A DNA stretch of 55,945 nucleotides from Corallochytrium limacisporum Hawaii (taxonomy: Eukaryota > Protista > Pluriformea): assembly GCA_002811645.1 (NCBI GenBank), contig PDIP01000099.1, forward strand, positions 1-55,945, written 5' to 3'. Made by a program: the position numbers and the translations under genes. The notes under the pieces are model-generated. The model worked only from the letters and a program-made list of their open reading frames with translations. It ran no database searches and was not told the origin of the DNA. The first letter of the stretch is position 1. The number at the start of each line of letters is the position of its first letter. Positions 1 to 10,300 of this stretch are shown here, piece after piece.

Positions 1-650
1 CCCCCCCGGGGGGAGCAGAGTAACGAGACGACCGCACAAGGGGCTTTGCGGTATCCCAAAGGCAAAACAAAAGGCAAGAGGGGCCGGCGATGGAGACTTC
101 CGGGAGAGACTAAGGGACAAGGAAAGGGTGAGCCACAGTGAGGTGAGTGCGAGCGAGGGAGCAAACATGGCTCGCGCACCTAGAACCCAAAGGGAAAAAA
201 TACTAGGGAACGAATTCGAGACCGCTGGAGAGAGAGAGTGAGAGAGTGGAAGGAGGTCCAAGACTGCCTTTGGCCCCTCCGCGGCTCTCGGAAGACGGGC
301 CGCGGCCGCGTGCTTTCCAGTACTTTCACTATGTGCCCCTTGGGAGGCGCCAAGACTTACATTTGTTTTCTTTGGGCCCTCCCTCTCACCTCCTCGCCCG
401 GGGCAAAGTTGACGTCGGGAGAGAGCGAGCGACAGACTCCGGTCGCGTGGTGCGGACGGGTCGACGAAAAATTTCGGTCCGAGGAAAGCGACTACCGAAA
501 ATTCGACAGGTGTTGTAGTACCGGGGTAGGGAGTTTTGGAGGGGTACACCATTCCTCCCGTCCTTTCGGTTCGCGTGGAACATGGGTTGCCGCCAAAGTC
601 TGGAGGAGAGGGGGCACGGCGAAACGGAGCGCTTGTGACGACGGAAAGAG
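1..650 (+). promoter_or_regulatory. GC/purine-rich promoter-like island upstream of RPB1
   Basis: GC- and CpG-rich segment opening with C7G6, followed by an AT-rich leader before the ATG at 1412. The same architecture precedes most genes here. Function is inferred from position. Confidence 0.45.
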
Positions 651-1411
651 CTGAGTGAAGAGTGGCTGTTTTGCTTGCTTCATGTGTTTTGGTGTTAGTG
701 CTTTACATGCGCTGTCTATTTCGTTTTTATGGCGCGCAGTTTTTGGAAAAATGTGTTTGTCTCTATTCGGAGAGTGTTGTGCCTTTTCGATAATGGTCTT
801 GTCAAAGCCTTACTTAGCTCAGCATCGGTTTACATGTGACCTATTTCAAACTTCACATGTCAATATTCGATAGAAATCTCTAAAACTCCTGTGTGGCAAG
901 GCCGGAAATAGGGAACATTATTCGGGAATAGAAGTTCTTTTCTTGGTTGTTCATAAGGAATAATTGAGTTAACTAAATTATCCTCGGGTTTCCTTGTGCT
1001 GGACCTAGCTTGACATCGCGGACTAATTCGAAGAGTCTGTCAAAGATCGAATTATTCTAGGTTGACAAGAAAGAAGTTGGACAGAACTTTTCTCGTATTA
1101 CACTTGCACATCGTGTAGTTCGGAGAGAGTAAAATTTTGCATATTAGTTAGCCACTGACATTTTTAAAGAAAAAAGAAACCAAAAAACAAAACAACACAT
1201 TATCTTATGGGACATCACAAGAAAACACACTGGACATGATTTACTAGGAACTCCACTTTCAACAAGCACTGAATAGAAAGGGAAAAACCGGTTTTGAACG
1301 GGAAGTGAGTGAGTAACGTAGCGTCGGAAGACCGATTGCTTCTTTGATATTTGCTTCCCCCAAATTTAGTGGTTATTTCACAACGGATTCTGAGGAAAGC
1401 TAGTCACGACC

Positions 1412-4400
1412 ATGAACCAATTTGAATTCAGTCGGGCCCCGGTAAAACGGGTACACGCGTTACAATGGGGTGTCTTAAGTCCAGAGACGATTCGCAGTTA
1501 TTCCGTGTGCGAAATTGACCAGGACCAGATGATGGACGGGAATATGCCCAAGAGAGGTGGTCTGCTAGATCCTCGTTTGGGTACCATTGACAGTCGGAGT
1601 ATTTGTGAGACATGCAAAGGTACACATTCTACATGTCCTGGACATTTTGGCCATCTTACACTCGTCAAGCCAGTGTTCCACTTGGGCTTTCTTCGCAAGA
1701 TTGAAAAGACTCTGAAGTGTGTTTGCTGGTCGTGTGGAATGCTCCTGGCGGATCGTAATGATCCTCGTATCAAGGACGTTCGGCGCATTCAGGATCAAAC
1801 TAGACGCCTTCGTGCTCTTGTAGAAATTTGCAAAGAGCGCCATGAGTGCATTGGCAGCGGGATAAAGAAACAGGAAGACGAAGATGGCTTCGGTATGATG
1901 AATGGAGGGAGTGGAGCTGACCAAAAGGAACAAAAAGACCAGCAGATTGGCTGTGGTGCTGTCCAGCCCAAGATTCGAATTGAACGCTGGGTTCTCAAGG
2001 TCGACCATTACAAGGGTAAGGAATTAACCAAGCCCGAAGAGCCCACTGCTGAAGAAATTGCTGATAAACTCAAAGTAATCAGCGATGAAGACCTTATGAT
2101 CATGGGCTACAACCCAGAGTACGCCCGGCCGGAATGGCAGATTATCAAAGTTTTGCCCATCCCTCCTATGGCTGTCCGCCCTGCTGTCCGCATGGACTCT
2201 AGCTCATTGGCACATGATGACTTGACTCGCAAACTTAGTGATGTCATCAAGGTGAACTTCGATCATGCCAAACGGTTCGAAGAAGGTGCACCCCCCCACA
2301 TTCTCAAACAGAAACTGGATTTGATCCAGTATCACGTAACCACTTACATGGACAACGAACGCAGTGGTATTGATCCTGCCCTACGTGGTAAAAATAGTGA
2401 TCGACCACTGAAAGCCATAAGCGCCCGTCTCAAGGGCAAATATGGTCGCATTCGCGGAAACCTCATGGGTAAACGTGTAGACCACTGTGCACGTTCCGTC
2501 ATTACGGCTGATCCCAATCTGCAGATTGATGAGGTCGGTGTGCCCCGGAGTGTGGCCCGGTCACTAACTTACGCGGAGGTGGTCACCGCATCCAACATGG
2601 ATGAAATGCGCCGACTCGTTGAGAATGGCCCAGAGGAACACCCTGGTGCTAAATCTGTGGTCCGTTCAGACGGTCAAACCATTGACTTGAAGTTCGTGCA
2701 ACAGAGGGGTGATTTCCCTCTGAGCATTGGCTATGTTGTCGAACGTCACATTCAGAATGGTGACTATGTCATTTTCAACCGTCAACCATCTTTGCACAAG
2801 ATGAGTATGATGGGTCATCGTGTCCGCATTTTGCCGTACTCAACCTTCCGTCTGAATCTGTCCGTAACATCGCCGTACAACGCTGATTTCGATGGTGATG
2901 AGATGAATATGCACGTCGCACAGTCCAACGAGACTCGTGCTGAGATTCAGGAGATTATGTTGGTCCCTCGGCAAGTCATTACTCCTCAGTCCAATCGTCC
3001 CGTCATGGGTATTGTACAGGATTCTTTAACTTCCATCTCAAAGTTCACTCAGCGCGATACTTTCTTGGATCTGCATACTGTTACGAACCTCCTGATGTGG
3101 CTTCCCGATTGGGATGGTAAGATTCCCATGCCGGCCATTCTGAAACCTAAGCCGATGTGGACCGGCAAACAGTTGTTTACCCTGGTTATTCCCAACAACG
3201 TAAATGTGGTGCGTTTCACATCTACACACGCCGACCGTGAGAACAGCGACCCGATTCTGAAGTACATGAGCAATGGTGACACGCGAGTACTCATTGAACA
3301 GGGAGAGTTGATCTCTGGTATTGTGTGCAAGAAGACTGTCGGCGCTTCTGAAGGGTCTTTGATTCACGTGACGTTCATGGAGAATGGACCAGACCGTACA
3401 AAGTACTTTTTCAGCTCCACTCAGCGCCTGGTCGATCAGTGGCTCATGCTCTGGGGTCATTCCATTGGCATTGGTGATGCAATCCCTGATGATGTTACCC
3501 AGACTCAGATCACTGAGGCCATTGAGGAGGCTAAGATCAAGGTCATTCAAACCATTCAGAAGGCTCAGCAGGACGAACTTCCACCGGAGACAGGTATGAC
3601 AAAACGGCAGACGTTTGAGCACACTGTGAACGGTCACTTGAACAAAGCTCGTGAACGTGCCGGTCAGGCTGCCACTGACTCGTTGAAGGCTTACAACAAT
3701 TTCAAGATTATGGTTGTCGCCGGTTCTAAAGGTTCTTTCCTCAACGTGTCACAGATTATGGCGTGTGTAGGTCAGCAGAACGTTGAGGGTAAGCGTATTC
3801 CGTTCTCCTTCCGATACCGTTCCCTGCCTCACTTCGTCAAGGACGACTACGGTCCCGAAGCTCGAGGATTCGTGGAAAACAGTTACATCAAGGGGTTGAA
3901 TCCTTTTGAGTTCTTTTTCCACGCCATGGGTGGTCGCGAGGGTTTGATTGACACGGCTGTGAAGACTGCTGATTCTGGTTATATCCAACGACGTCTGATG
4001 AAGGCGTTGGAGAACGCTATGGTGAAGTACGACAACACAATTCGAAATGCTTCCAACGAGGTCATCTACTTCCTCTACGGAGAAGACGGTATGGATGGTA
4101 CTACTGTGGAGTCTCAGAATGTCCCTATTCTGCGTCTTGGTGACAAAGACTTCGAGAATCGTTTCCATCTGGACACCAGCAATGTGGGATACCTACGCAA
4201 GAAGCTCGAGCCGCAGATTGTTGACCGTCTTGTGAACAACCCTGAGCTACAGACCGAGTACATTGAGGGAGAGTGGGAACAGCTGAAGGAGGATCGACAG
4301 TATTTGCGTTCCACTGTGTCCGGAGGCAATGATCGGATGCCCTTGCCGGTCAACTTGTCTCGTTTGATCTGGAATGCGCGTAAGCAGTTCACTGTCGACT

Positions 4401-6661
4401 CCCGTGCTCCCTTAGATCTGGACCCCATTGATGCCATTCAGGCCGTGCGAGACCTCGAGAAGCGCTTGCTTGTCGTAGAAGGAGACGATGATGTCAGTAA
4501 ACAAGGACAGGAGAATGCAACTCGCTTGTTTAAGATCCTGGTTCGCACCCATTTGTGTACAACCCGTCTGGTCGGTGAACACGGCATAAACAAAGCTGGT
4601 TTTGACTGGTTGATTGGTGAGATTGAGCGGCGCTTCCAGATGGCGAAGGTTCAGCCATCTGAAATGGTCGGTGCCATTGCGGCCCAGAGTATTGCCGAAC
4701 CGGCCACGCAGATGACATTGAACACATTCCATTTTGCTGGTGTGAGTTCCAAGAACGTCACCCTGGGTATTCCTCGTCTGCGTGAGCTGATTGATGTGTC
4801 CAAGAATCCAAAGACCCCTGGCATGACTGTTTATCTCACGGGCAATGCGCGTATGAACCGTGACGATGCCAAGCTTGTTCAGGCTCGCCTTGAGCACACA
4901 ACTTTGCGCAGTGTCACTGCAGGCACAGAGATCTACTACGACCCAGACATTGAGAATACTATCATCGAGGAGGATCGTGACTTTGTTGAGGCGTACTACG
5001 CTCTGCCGGACGAGGATCACAATCCCCTCGGCGTGGACCCTTGGCTTCTTCGTATCGAACTGGATCGTGCTAAGATGCTGGACAAGGTTTTGTCCAATTC
5101 CGAAGTGTCTGACCGCATCAAAGAGTCGACCGAAGGAGCGCTGCACGTCATCTTCACTGATGACAACGCCGAAAAGCTCATCCTGCGTATCCGCATCAAC
5201 AAGTCCAAGGACGACAAGGATGATATGATTGATGCAGACGGCGATGATGAGGAGGATGAGGTGACCCCGGACATTCTCCTGAAGTTTAGCACCAAGCTGC
5301 TTCATCAGGTGCGTTTGCTTGGTGTTGACAAGATTACCAAGGTGTACATGACTGATCGTCACAAGCGGACAATCATTACGGACGAAGGACAGTACAAACA
5401 GGAGAACGAGTGGGTGCTGGAAACCGACGGCTCCAACCTCCTGAATGTGCTAGCTCAAGACTCCATTGATCGCTCGCGTACAATCAGTAATGACATCAAC
5501 GAGGTGCTCAACTCCCTCGGTATCGAGGCTGTCCGTAAGGGCCTTCTGTTGGAGATCAATAAGGTGTTGGACGTCTATGGTTTGTATGTCAACTACCGCC
5601 ATTTGGCCCTGCTTTGCGAGGTTATGTGTCACAAGGGCACTTTGTTGGCTGTGACTCGTCACGGTATTCTCAAGCATTCGACCACTGCTTTGCTGCGTGC
5701 TTCCTTTGAGCAATCTGTGGAAACCTTCATGGATGCTGCGAGTCAGGGCAAGCGCGACCACATGCGCGGTGTGTCTGAGAATGTGTACCTAGGTCAGATG
5801 GCCGCAGTCGGTACAGGTACCTTTGATCTGTTCTTGGATGCGGACATGCTGACGGAATCTATGCCTGATCGCATTGGAGCCATGGCCATGAATGGTGAAC
5901 TGACTCCTGGTGACGCAACTCCATGGCACGCAGACTCACCTCAAAGCTATGCTGATGGAGACATGTCTCCATACTCTCAGGCACCATTCAGTCCGGCGTC
6001 TGGTGCTTTCAGCCCGGCCTACACTGGTGGTGCTTTCAGCCCCATCACTCAGCCAGGCCGCGGCGGCTACCAGCCCGGTACGGCTTATAGTCCGACGTCA
6101 CCGGCGTACAGCCCGACGTCACCGGCGTACAGCCCAACGTCACCGGCGTACAGCCCTACCAGCCCTGCGTACAGCCCGACCTCTCCGGCCTACAGCCCGA
6201 CTAGCCCAGCGTACAGCCCGACCTCTCCGGCCTACAGCCCCACGTCACCGGCGTACAGCCCGACTAGCCCGGCGTACTCGCCCACTTCACCGGCGTATAG
6301 TCCGACTAGTCCCGCATATAGCCCGACAAGCCCGGCTTACAGCCCAACATCACCAGCCTACAGCCCGACTTCTCCAGCATACAGCCCGACAAGCCCGGCC
6401 TACAGCCCGACATCACCGGCCTACAGCCCGACGTCTCCAGCATACAGCCCGACGTCACCGGCTTACAGTCCGTCATCACCGGCCTACAGCCCGTCGTCAC
6501 CGGCCTACAGCCCATCATCACCGGCCTACAGTCCATCGTCACCGGCCTACAGTCCGTCTTCGCCCGCTTACAGTCCTTCAAGTCCTGCCTACTCGCCATC
6601 TAGCCCGGCCTACAGTCCCACATCGCCTGCTGATGAAGACGAAAAGGACAAGAGGAAGTAA
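1412..6661 (+). CDS. RPB1: DNA-directed RNA polymerase II largest subunit (1749 aa, no coding introns)
   Basis: N-terminal Zn motif (CETC...CPGHFGH), NRQPSLH, catalytic NADFDGDEMN, FFFHAMGGREGLIDTAVKT, trigger loop EPATQMTLNTFH, C-terminal heptad CTD. Confidence 0.99.
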   Translation: MNQFEFSRAPVKRVHALQWGVLSPETIRSYSVCEIDQDQMMDGNMPKRGGLLDPRLGTIDSRSICETCKGTHSTCPGHFGHLTLVKPVFHLGFLRKIEKTLKCVCWSCGMLLADRNDPRIKDVRRIQDQTRRLRALVEICKERHECIGSGIKKQEDEDGFGMMNGGSGADQKEQKDQQIGCGAVQPKIRIERWVLKVDHYKGKELTKPEEPTAEEIADKLKVISDEDLMIMGYNPEYARPEWQIIKVLPIPPMAVRPAVRMDSSSLAHDDLTRKLSDVIKVNFDHAKRFEEGAPPHILKQKLDLIQYHVTTYMDNERSGIDPALRGKNSDRPLKAISARLKGKYGRIRGNLMGKRVDHCARSVITADPNLQIDEVGVPRSVARSLTYAEVVTASNMDEMRRLVENGPEEHPGAKSVVRSDGQTIDLKFVQQRGDFPLSIGYVVERHIQNGDYVIFNRQPSLHKMSMMGHRVRILPYSTFRLNLSVTSPYNADFDGDEMNMHVAQSNETRAEIQEIMLVPRQVITPQSNRPVMGIVQDSLTSISKFTQRDTFLDLHTVTNLLMWLPDWDGKIPMPAILKPKPMWTGKQLFTLVIPNNVNVVRFTSTHADRENSDPILKYMSNGDTRVLIEQGELISGIVCKKTVGASEGSLIHVTFMENGPDRTKYFFSSTQRLVDQWLMLWGHSIGIGDAIPDDVTQTQITEAIEEAKIKVIQTIQKAQQDELPPETGMTKRQTFEHTVNGHLNKARERAGQAATDSLKAYNNFKIMVVAGSKGSFLNVSQIMACVGQQNVEGKRIPFSFRYRSLPHFVKDDYGPEARGFVENSYIKGLNPFEFFFHAMGGREGLIDTAVKTADSGYIQRRLMKALENAMVKYDNTIRNASNEVIYFLYGEDGMDGTTVESQNVPILRLGDKDFENRFHLDTSNVGYLRKKLEPQIVDRLVNNPELQTEYIEGEWEQLKEDRQYLRSTVSGGNDRMPLPVNLSRLIWNARKQFTVDSRAPLDLDPIDAIQAVRDLEKRLLVVEGDDDVSKQGQENATRLFKILVRTHLCTTRLVGEHGINKAGFDWLIGEIERRFQMAKVQPSEMVGAIAAQSIAEPATQMTLNTFHFAGVSSKNVTLGIPRLRELIDVSKNPKTPGMTVYLTGNARMNRDDAKLVQARLEHTTLRSVTAGTEIYYDPDIENTIIEEDRDFVEAYYALPDEDHNPLGVDPWLLRIELDRAKMLDKVLSNSEVSDRIKESTEGALHVIFTDDNAEKLILRIRINKSKDDKDDMIDADGDDEEDEVTPDILLKFSTKLLHQVRLLGVDKITKVYMTDRHKRTIITDEGQYKQENEWVLETDGSNLLNVLAQDSIDRSRTISNDINEVLNSLGIEAVRKGLLLEINKVLDVYGLYVNYRHLALLCEVMCHKGTLLAVTRHGILKHSTTALLRASFEQSVETFMDAASQGKRDHMRGVSENVYLGQMAAVGTGTFDLFLDADMLTESMPDRIGAMAMNGELTPGDATPWHADSPQSYADGDMSPYSQAPFSPASGAFSPAYTGGAFSPITQPGRGGYQPGTAYSPTSPAYSPTSPAYSPTSPAYSPTSPAYSPTSPAYSPTSPAYSPTSPAYSPTSPAYSPTSPAYSPTSPAYSPTSPAYSPTSPAYSPTSPAYSPTSPAYSPTSPAYSPTSPAYSPTSPAYSPTSPAYSPSSPAYSPSSPAYSPSSPAYSPSSPAYSPSSPAYSPSSPAYSPSSPAYSPTSPADEDEKDKRK
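6086..6631 (+). repeat. RPB1 CTD, about 26 tandem 21-bp heptads (by manual count 18 YSPTSPA, 7 YSPSSPA, 1 YSPTSPA)
   Basis: 546 bp = 26 x 21 bp, with synonymous variation between units. Confidence 0.95.
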
Positions 6662-7317
6662 CTGATATCACTACGGAGTTGTGGCATTCAAGCCGAGTAG
6701 TCATTATCGTTTAGCGACTTTTCCACAATCGTTACTTAATTGCTTTCTCATTGACGACATGTTTCGGAAAACCAAAGCTTGCAATGTCTCCCAATAGCAC
6801 AGGCTGGGGAGACCAATGAGAGATCACAGACACAAAAAACACTCACAATCACACTTGCACGAAAACCCGTATAAAAAAGAGAACTTATTACCAATTTTGC
6901 ATTATACTGTATATGTCAAGTCTCCAAGATGTTTGTGCATCATGATTGTGTTTTCATCGCGTTCTTCGATGCCATTGATGTCTGGTGGTTTGTGGCTTTG
7001 GGATGCTGAGGGGATTCTTGGAAGGCTGCACAGTCGGGAAGAGTCGTGTCGAGTACGCGGGAGAGGGAGAGGTGGGGAAGGAAGTATACTAGGGCAAACG
7101 TCTCACCGAATGCTCTGGCTCGCGGTTATTTCAGAAGCACAACAAACGAACCCAACTTATTATCGACATTATTTGTCGTCTGCCAGAAACGACGTGTTCT
7201 GAAAGAAATGTGCAGAATGTAAGGTGTAGGTGAATACCACTTTCAGGGCATTGATACCATAAAAATATCGCCTGAGACATGGTGATGTACTAGTCCGCGG
7301 GCAAGTTGTGATAAACA

Positions 7318-10300
7318 ATGTCATCATTCTACTCGAATCTGAGGGACCTTGTGTCCCCGGCGAGGCCATTGATGGCTTTCTACGGTCTTGATATAGAAGG
7401 GTCGGATTCGCGATTGTTCAAATTGTTTCTGCGGCCGTATTCAGCGGAAAACAAAACATTGACCGAAGATGCGAATATGAGATCAGGGCAGGCGCCGCCA
7501 TTGCGGTACAGAATCTGCCGGAATGAAGAAACCTTTCCAGCACCGAAATATGGACAGCAAACAGTGAGGCCAAGGGCCCCACCTGGGATCTTGAAAGAAG
7601 ATTGGATTTATAAACACCAATCCATCATTCCGGGTCTCGCAGTTGTCTTTGCACGATTGGAATGGACTGATGAGGATTTTGACAGCAGAGCGGAGGCTTT
7701 GGGTCAGAAGATCAATCATATCCGAAAAGCCATGCAAGGCGCAAAACGGACAAATATCCTCGACCCAGCACCGCTGGGCGAAAGTGGTGGTGCCCAGACC
7801 AACTTAGATCCTCTGTCCCAGGCACAGGCCTCGCGTGCCGGTGGCAGCACTGATGCTATTCCTCAACGAGACAATGCTGCAGATGCAGAACCGGATCAAA
7901 GCGTGCAACGGGCACCGCGTGTAGTTGTGGTTTTGCTGCAGAATGAACGGGCAATCTCCCATGAAGTTGTAGCCAAGCCGGCAGCACTGCTTCGGAAACA
8001 TGCTGGGCTGCGTGAGCGTGGTGAATTGCTTTACGTCCCAGCCGTGGATGAATGCAGGGATGAAGAGCTCTTGGGCTACGTCAGACGCTTGCAGACGTCC
8101 TTCATCAACGCAGCAAAAGAGTACTATGAGCGTCGCTTGGCAGACTATGAGTTCCTTTGCGATGAAGCCGAACGTCTGAGGCAGAAAGATCGGAATATTC
8201 GACTGTTGTGGAAACTGGGATTCTACTGCGAGATCATTGACAATCGGGAACGGGCCCTAGACTACTATAAGACGGCGATGGGCAGGATATACGCCCTCAT
8301 CAATCTCGAAGAGGCTAGTCAACCTGCACGAGGTAGCCAAGGCTCCTCGGTGCGAAATGCCTCTGTCGGACAGGAACCCACAGCCGTCAACACGTCCCAA
8401 CCTCTTTTGAATCGCGTTGTTGAGTTGAAGACGGTAGCGATGTACTTCAACTACAAGATCTGCTGTCTCTGCGCAAAAGAAAGCTTTGAGGAGGCGCGCT
8501 TTGCCTACGAAACTTTTATCCGGCGATTGAATGTCAATTCATTGACAGTCATGGAGCCTTTCTACGTATGGCATCATTTGACGTGGTTAGCTCTGCAGCA
8601 TCAACTGTTTGCCTTTATTGTGCAATCGAGTTTTGCGATAGAAGGAACGCAGATGGACGTCGACACTGAGGATGTGAGCCCGGAGCAGGGGCCCGTGAAT
8701 CGCCACATTGGGTACTATTTCTTGGAAGCTGCTAGTCTGACAATGCAACGAGAAGAATTCTGGTCTGCCAATGGCATCCAATTGCTTGCACAGATACACC
8801 AGCGGAACACTGGTGCAACGACTCCTGGTGGCAAAACAGCAATGGACCTTCTAGATTTGGCCGCCCGCAGCGAGACGTACGGCCTTGTGGGCACTATTCC
8901 GTACTACCTTACTTACCCCGACGCAACTGCGGACAGAATGAGCAAAGACTTTGTTCCAAGTGATCGTCTGGTCCTTGAGCTCAATAGATTTCTCATTCCG
9001 ACTACGACGCACAGTGGCCGCACTTTGCGCCGTCTCTCGAGCGCTCCAATAGATCTGGATGCCTCAGGGCCGCAGGATGAGAGACCGTACCGTTCTGACG
9101 CGTACGTGGGAGTGATCACAAGCTCAAAGGAAGAGTGGAAATGGATTTTGGAACAATTGACAGAACTCGGTGTCGAATCCGGTGGTGCTACTTACCTCTC
9201 TCTTCCTGGCCCTTCTGCCAGTGTTGTAGAGGAACGCGAAAAGTACCTTCGCCTTGCATTGGTGTGGCTTCAGAGTCGGACTATGCACACTGACGTTGCT
9301 GGGACCATGTTGAAGCGATGCCTATATTTCTTTGAGAAGTTCCATTGTGTGCGCACTCTCCATCGAGTAGAGTTACTGGAAGCAGATATCATGCTCAAAG
9401 ATTTAAGCAATCCTCGACGAGCCGCCACCTCAAGTGATCATGAAATAGTATATGCAAAGGCGTTGAAAAAGTACCTACACGCAGCCCGTCACCTGCGTCA
9501 GGATGCCCGCGCAGCACGGCTCTGTAAACTGAATGCAAAACTCAGGACTTGCTCATTCTACTGTGTCGACATGCGTTCGCATCTAGAATCCTTGTACTGC
9601 GAAGCAGCGGATCCCGGTCTAGAAGCAACATCGCGGGGCGAGGCGCAAAATGCGATGGCGACTTTACTCTCTGGAAATGTCCCCCCTGTGCCCCCTGCTT
9701 TGGCAAACGTGGATCCCGCGGTTTTGCGAAACATCCAATTACGTTGGTCTTCTGCTCTGCAAGAGTTCCTTACCGGTATGGGGCTTCCGCATGCCACCAG
9801 GCATGACTCCACGATTTCGAATGTGAGCATGGATTCGATGGGACCCTTGAGTCCGCCGCCGATCCTGTCGGCTTCTATAGATGGAGACTCCTTAATCGCC
9901 TCGTCACTACCACAAGGTGGCCATGTTCCTGCTGTGTTGACCATCCGTCTAGGAGGTGGTCAGAGCAAGGCACCACTGACTCGCCACTTACCGCAAGGAG
10001 CACTTGCTGACGAAATTTCTCGAGGTGGTCTCAATAGCACAATTTCAGATATCACACAGCAAGACCACACAGATGCCGATTTGCATTACTCTCTGTTGGA
10101 AGCCAAGGCTGGATTTGGGTCGCCTGTGATCTACGAAGGCGACACTGCTCGTTTGGATGTGACCTTGATGTCCCGCAGCACCGAACCTCTAATTTTTGAT
10201 CGCGTCAATGTACTTTTTAACATGACTGCATACGATCCACAAGGAGTATGGAAAGCAGCGTCCCAGGATGGCGGAGTTATCAAGTTGATACCTGGCGAGA

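Noticed and set aside
4412-5362. Long antisense ORFs inside real genes (also 12788-13333, 13679-14401, 34540-35268, 41477-42013)
   Set aside because: Typical antisense shadows of biased codon usage, with no recognisable motifs.
6086-6631. Regular 21-bp repeats as a CRISPR-like array
   Set aside because: No spacers, and fully explained as coding CTD heptads.
5910-6665. 251-aa Arg/His/Pro-rich ORF overlapping the RPB1 3' end
   Set aside because: Alternative-frame shadow of the CTD heptad repeat.
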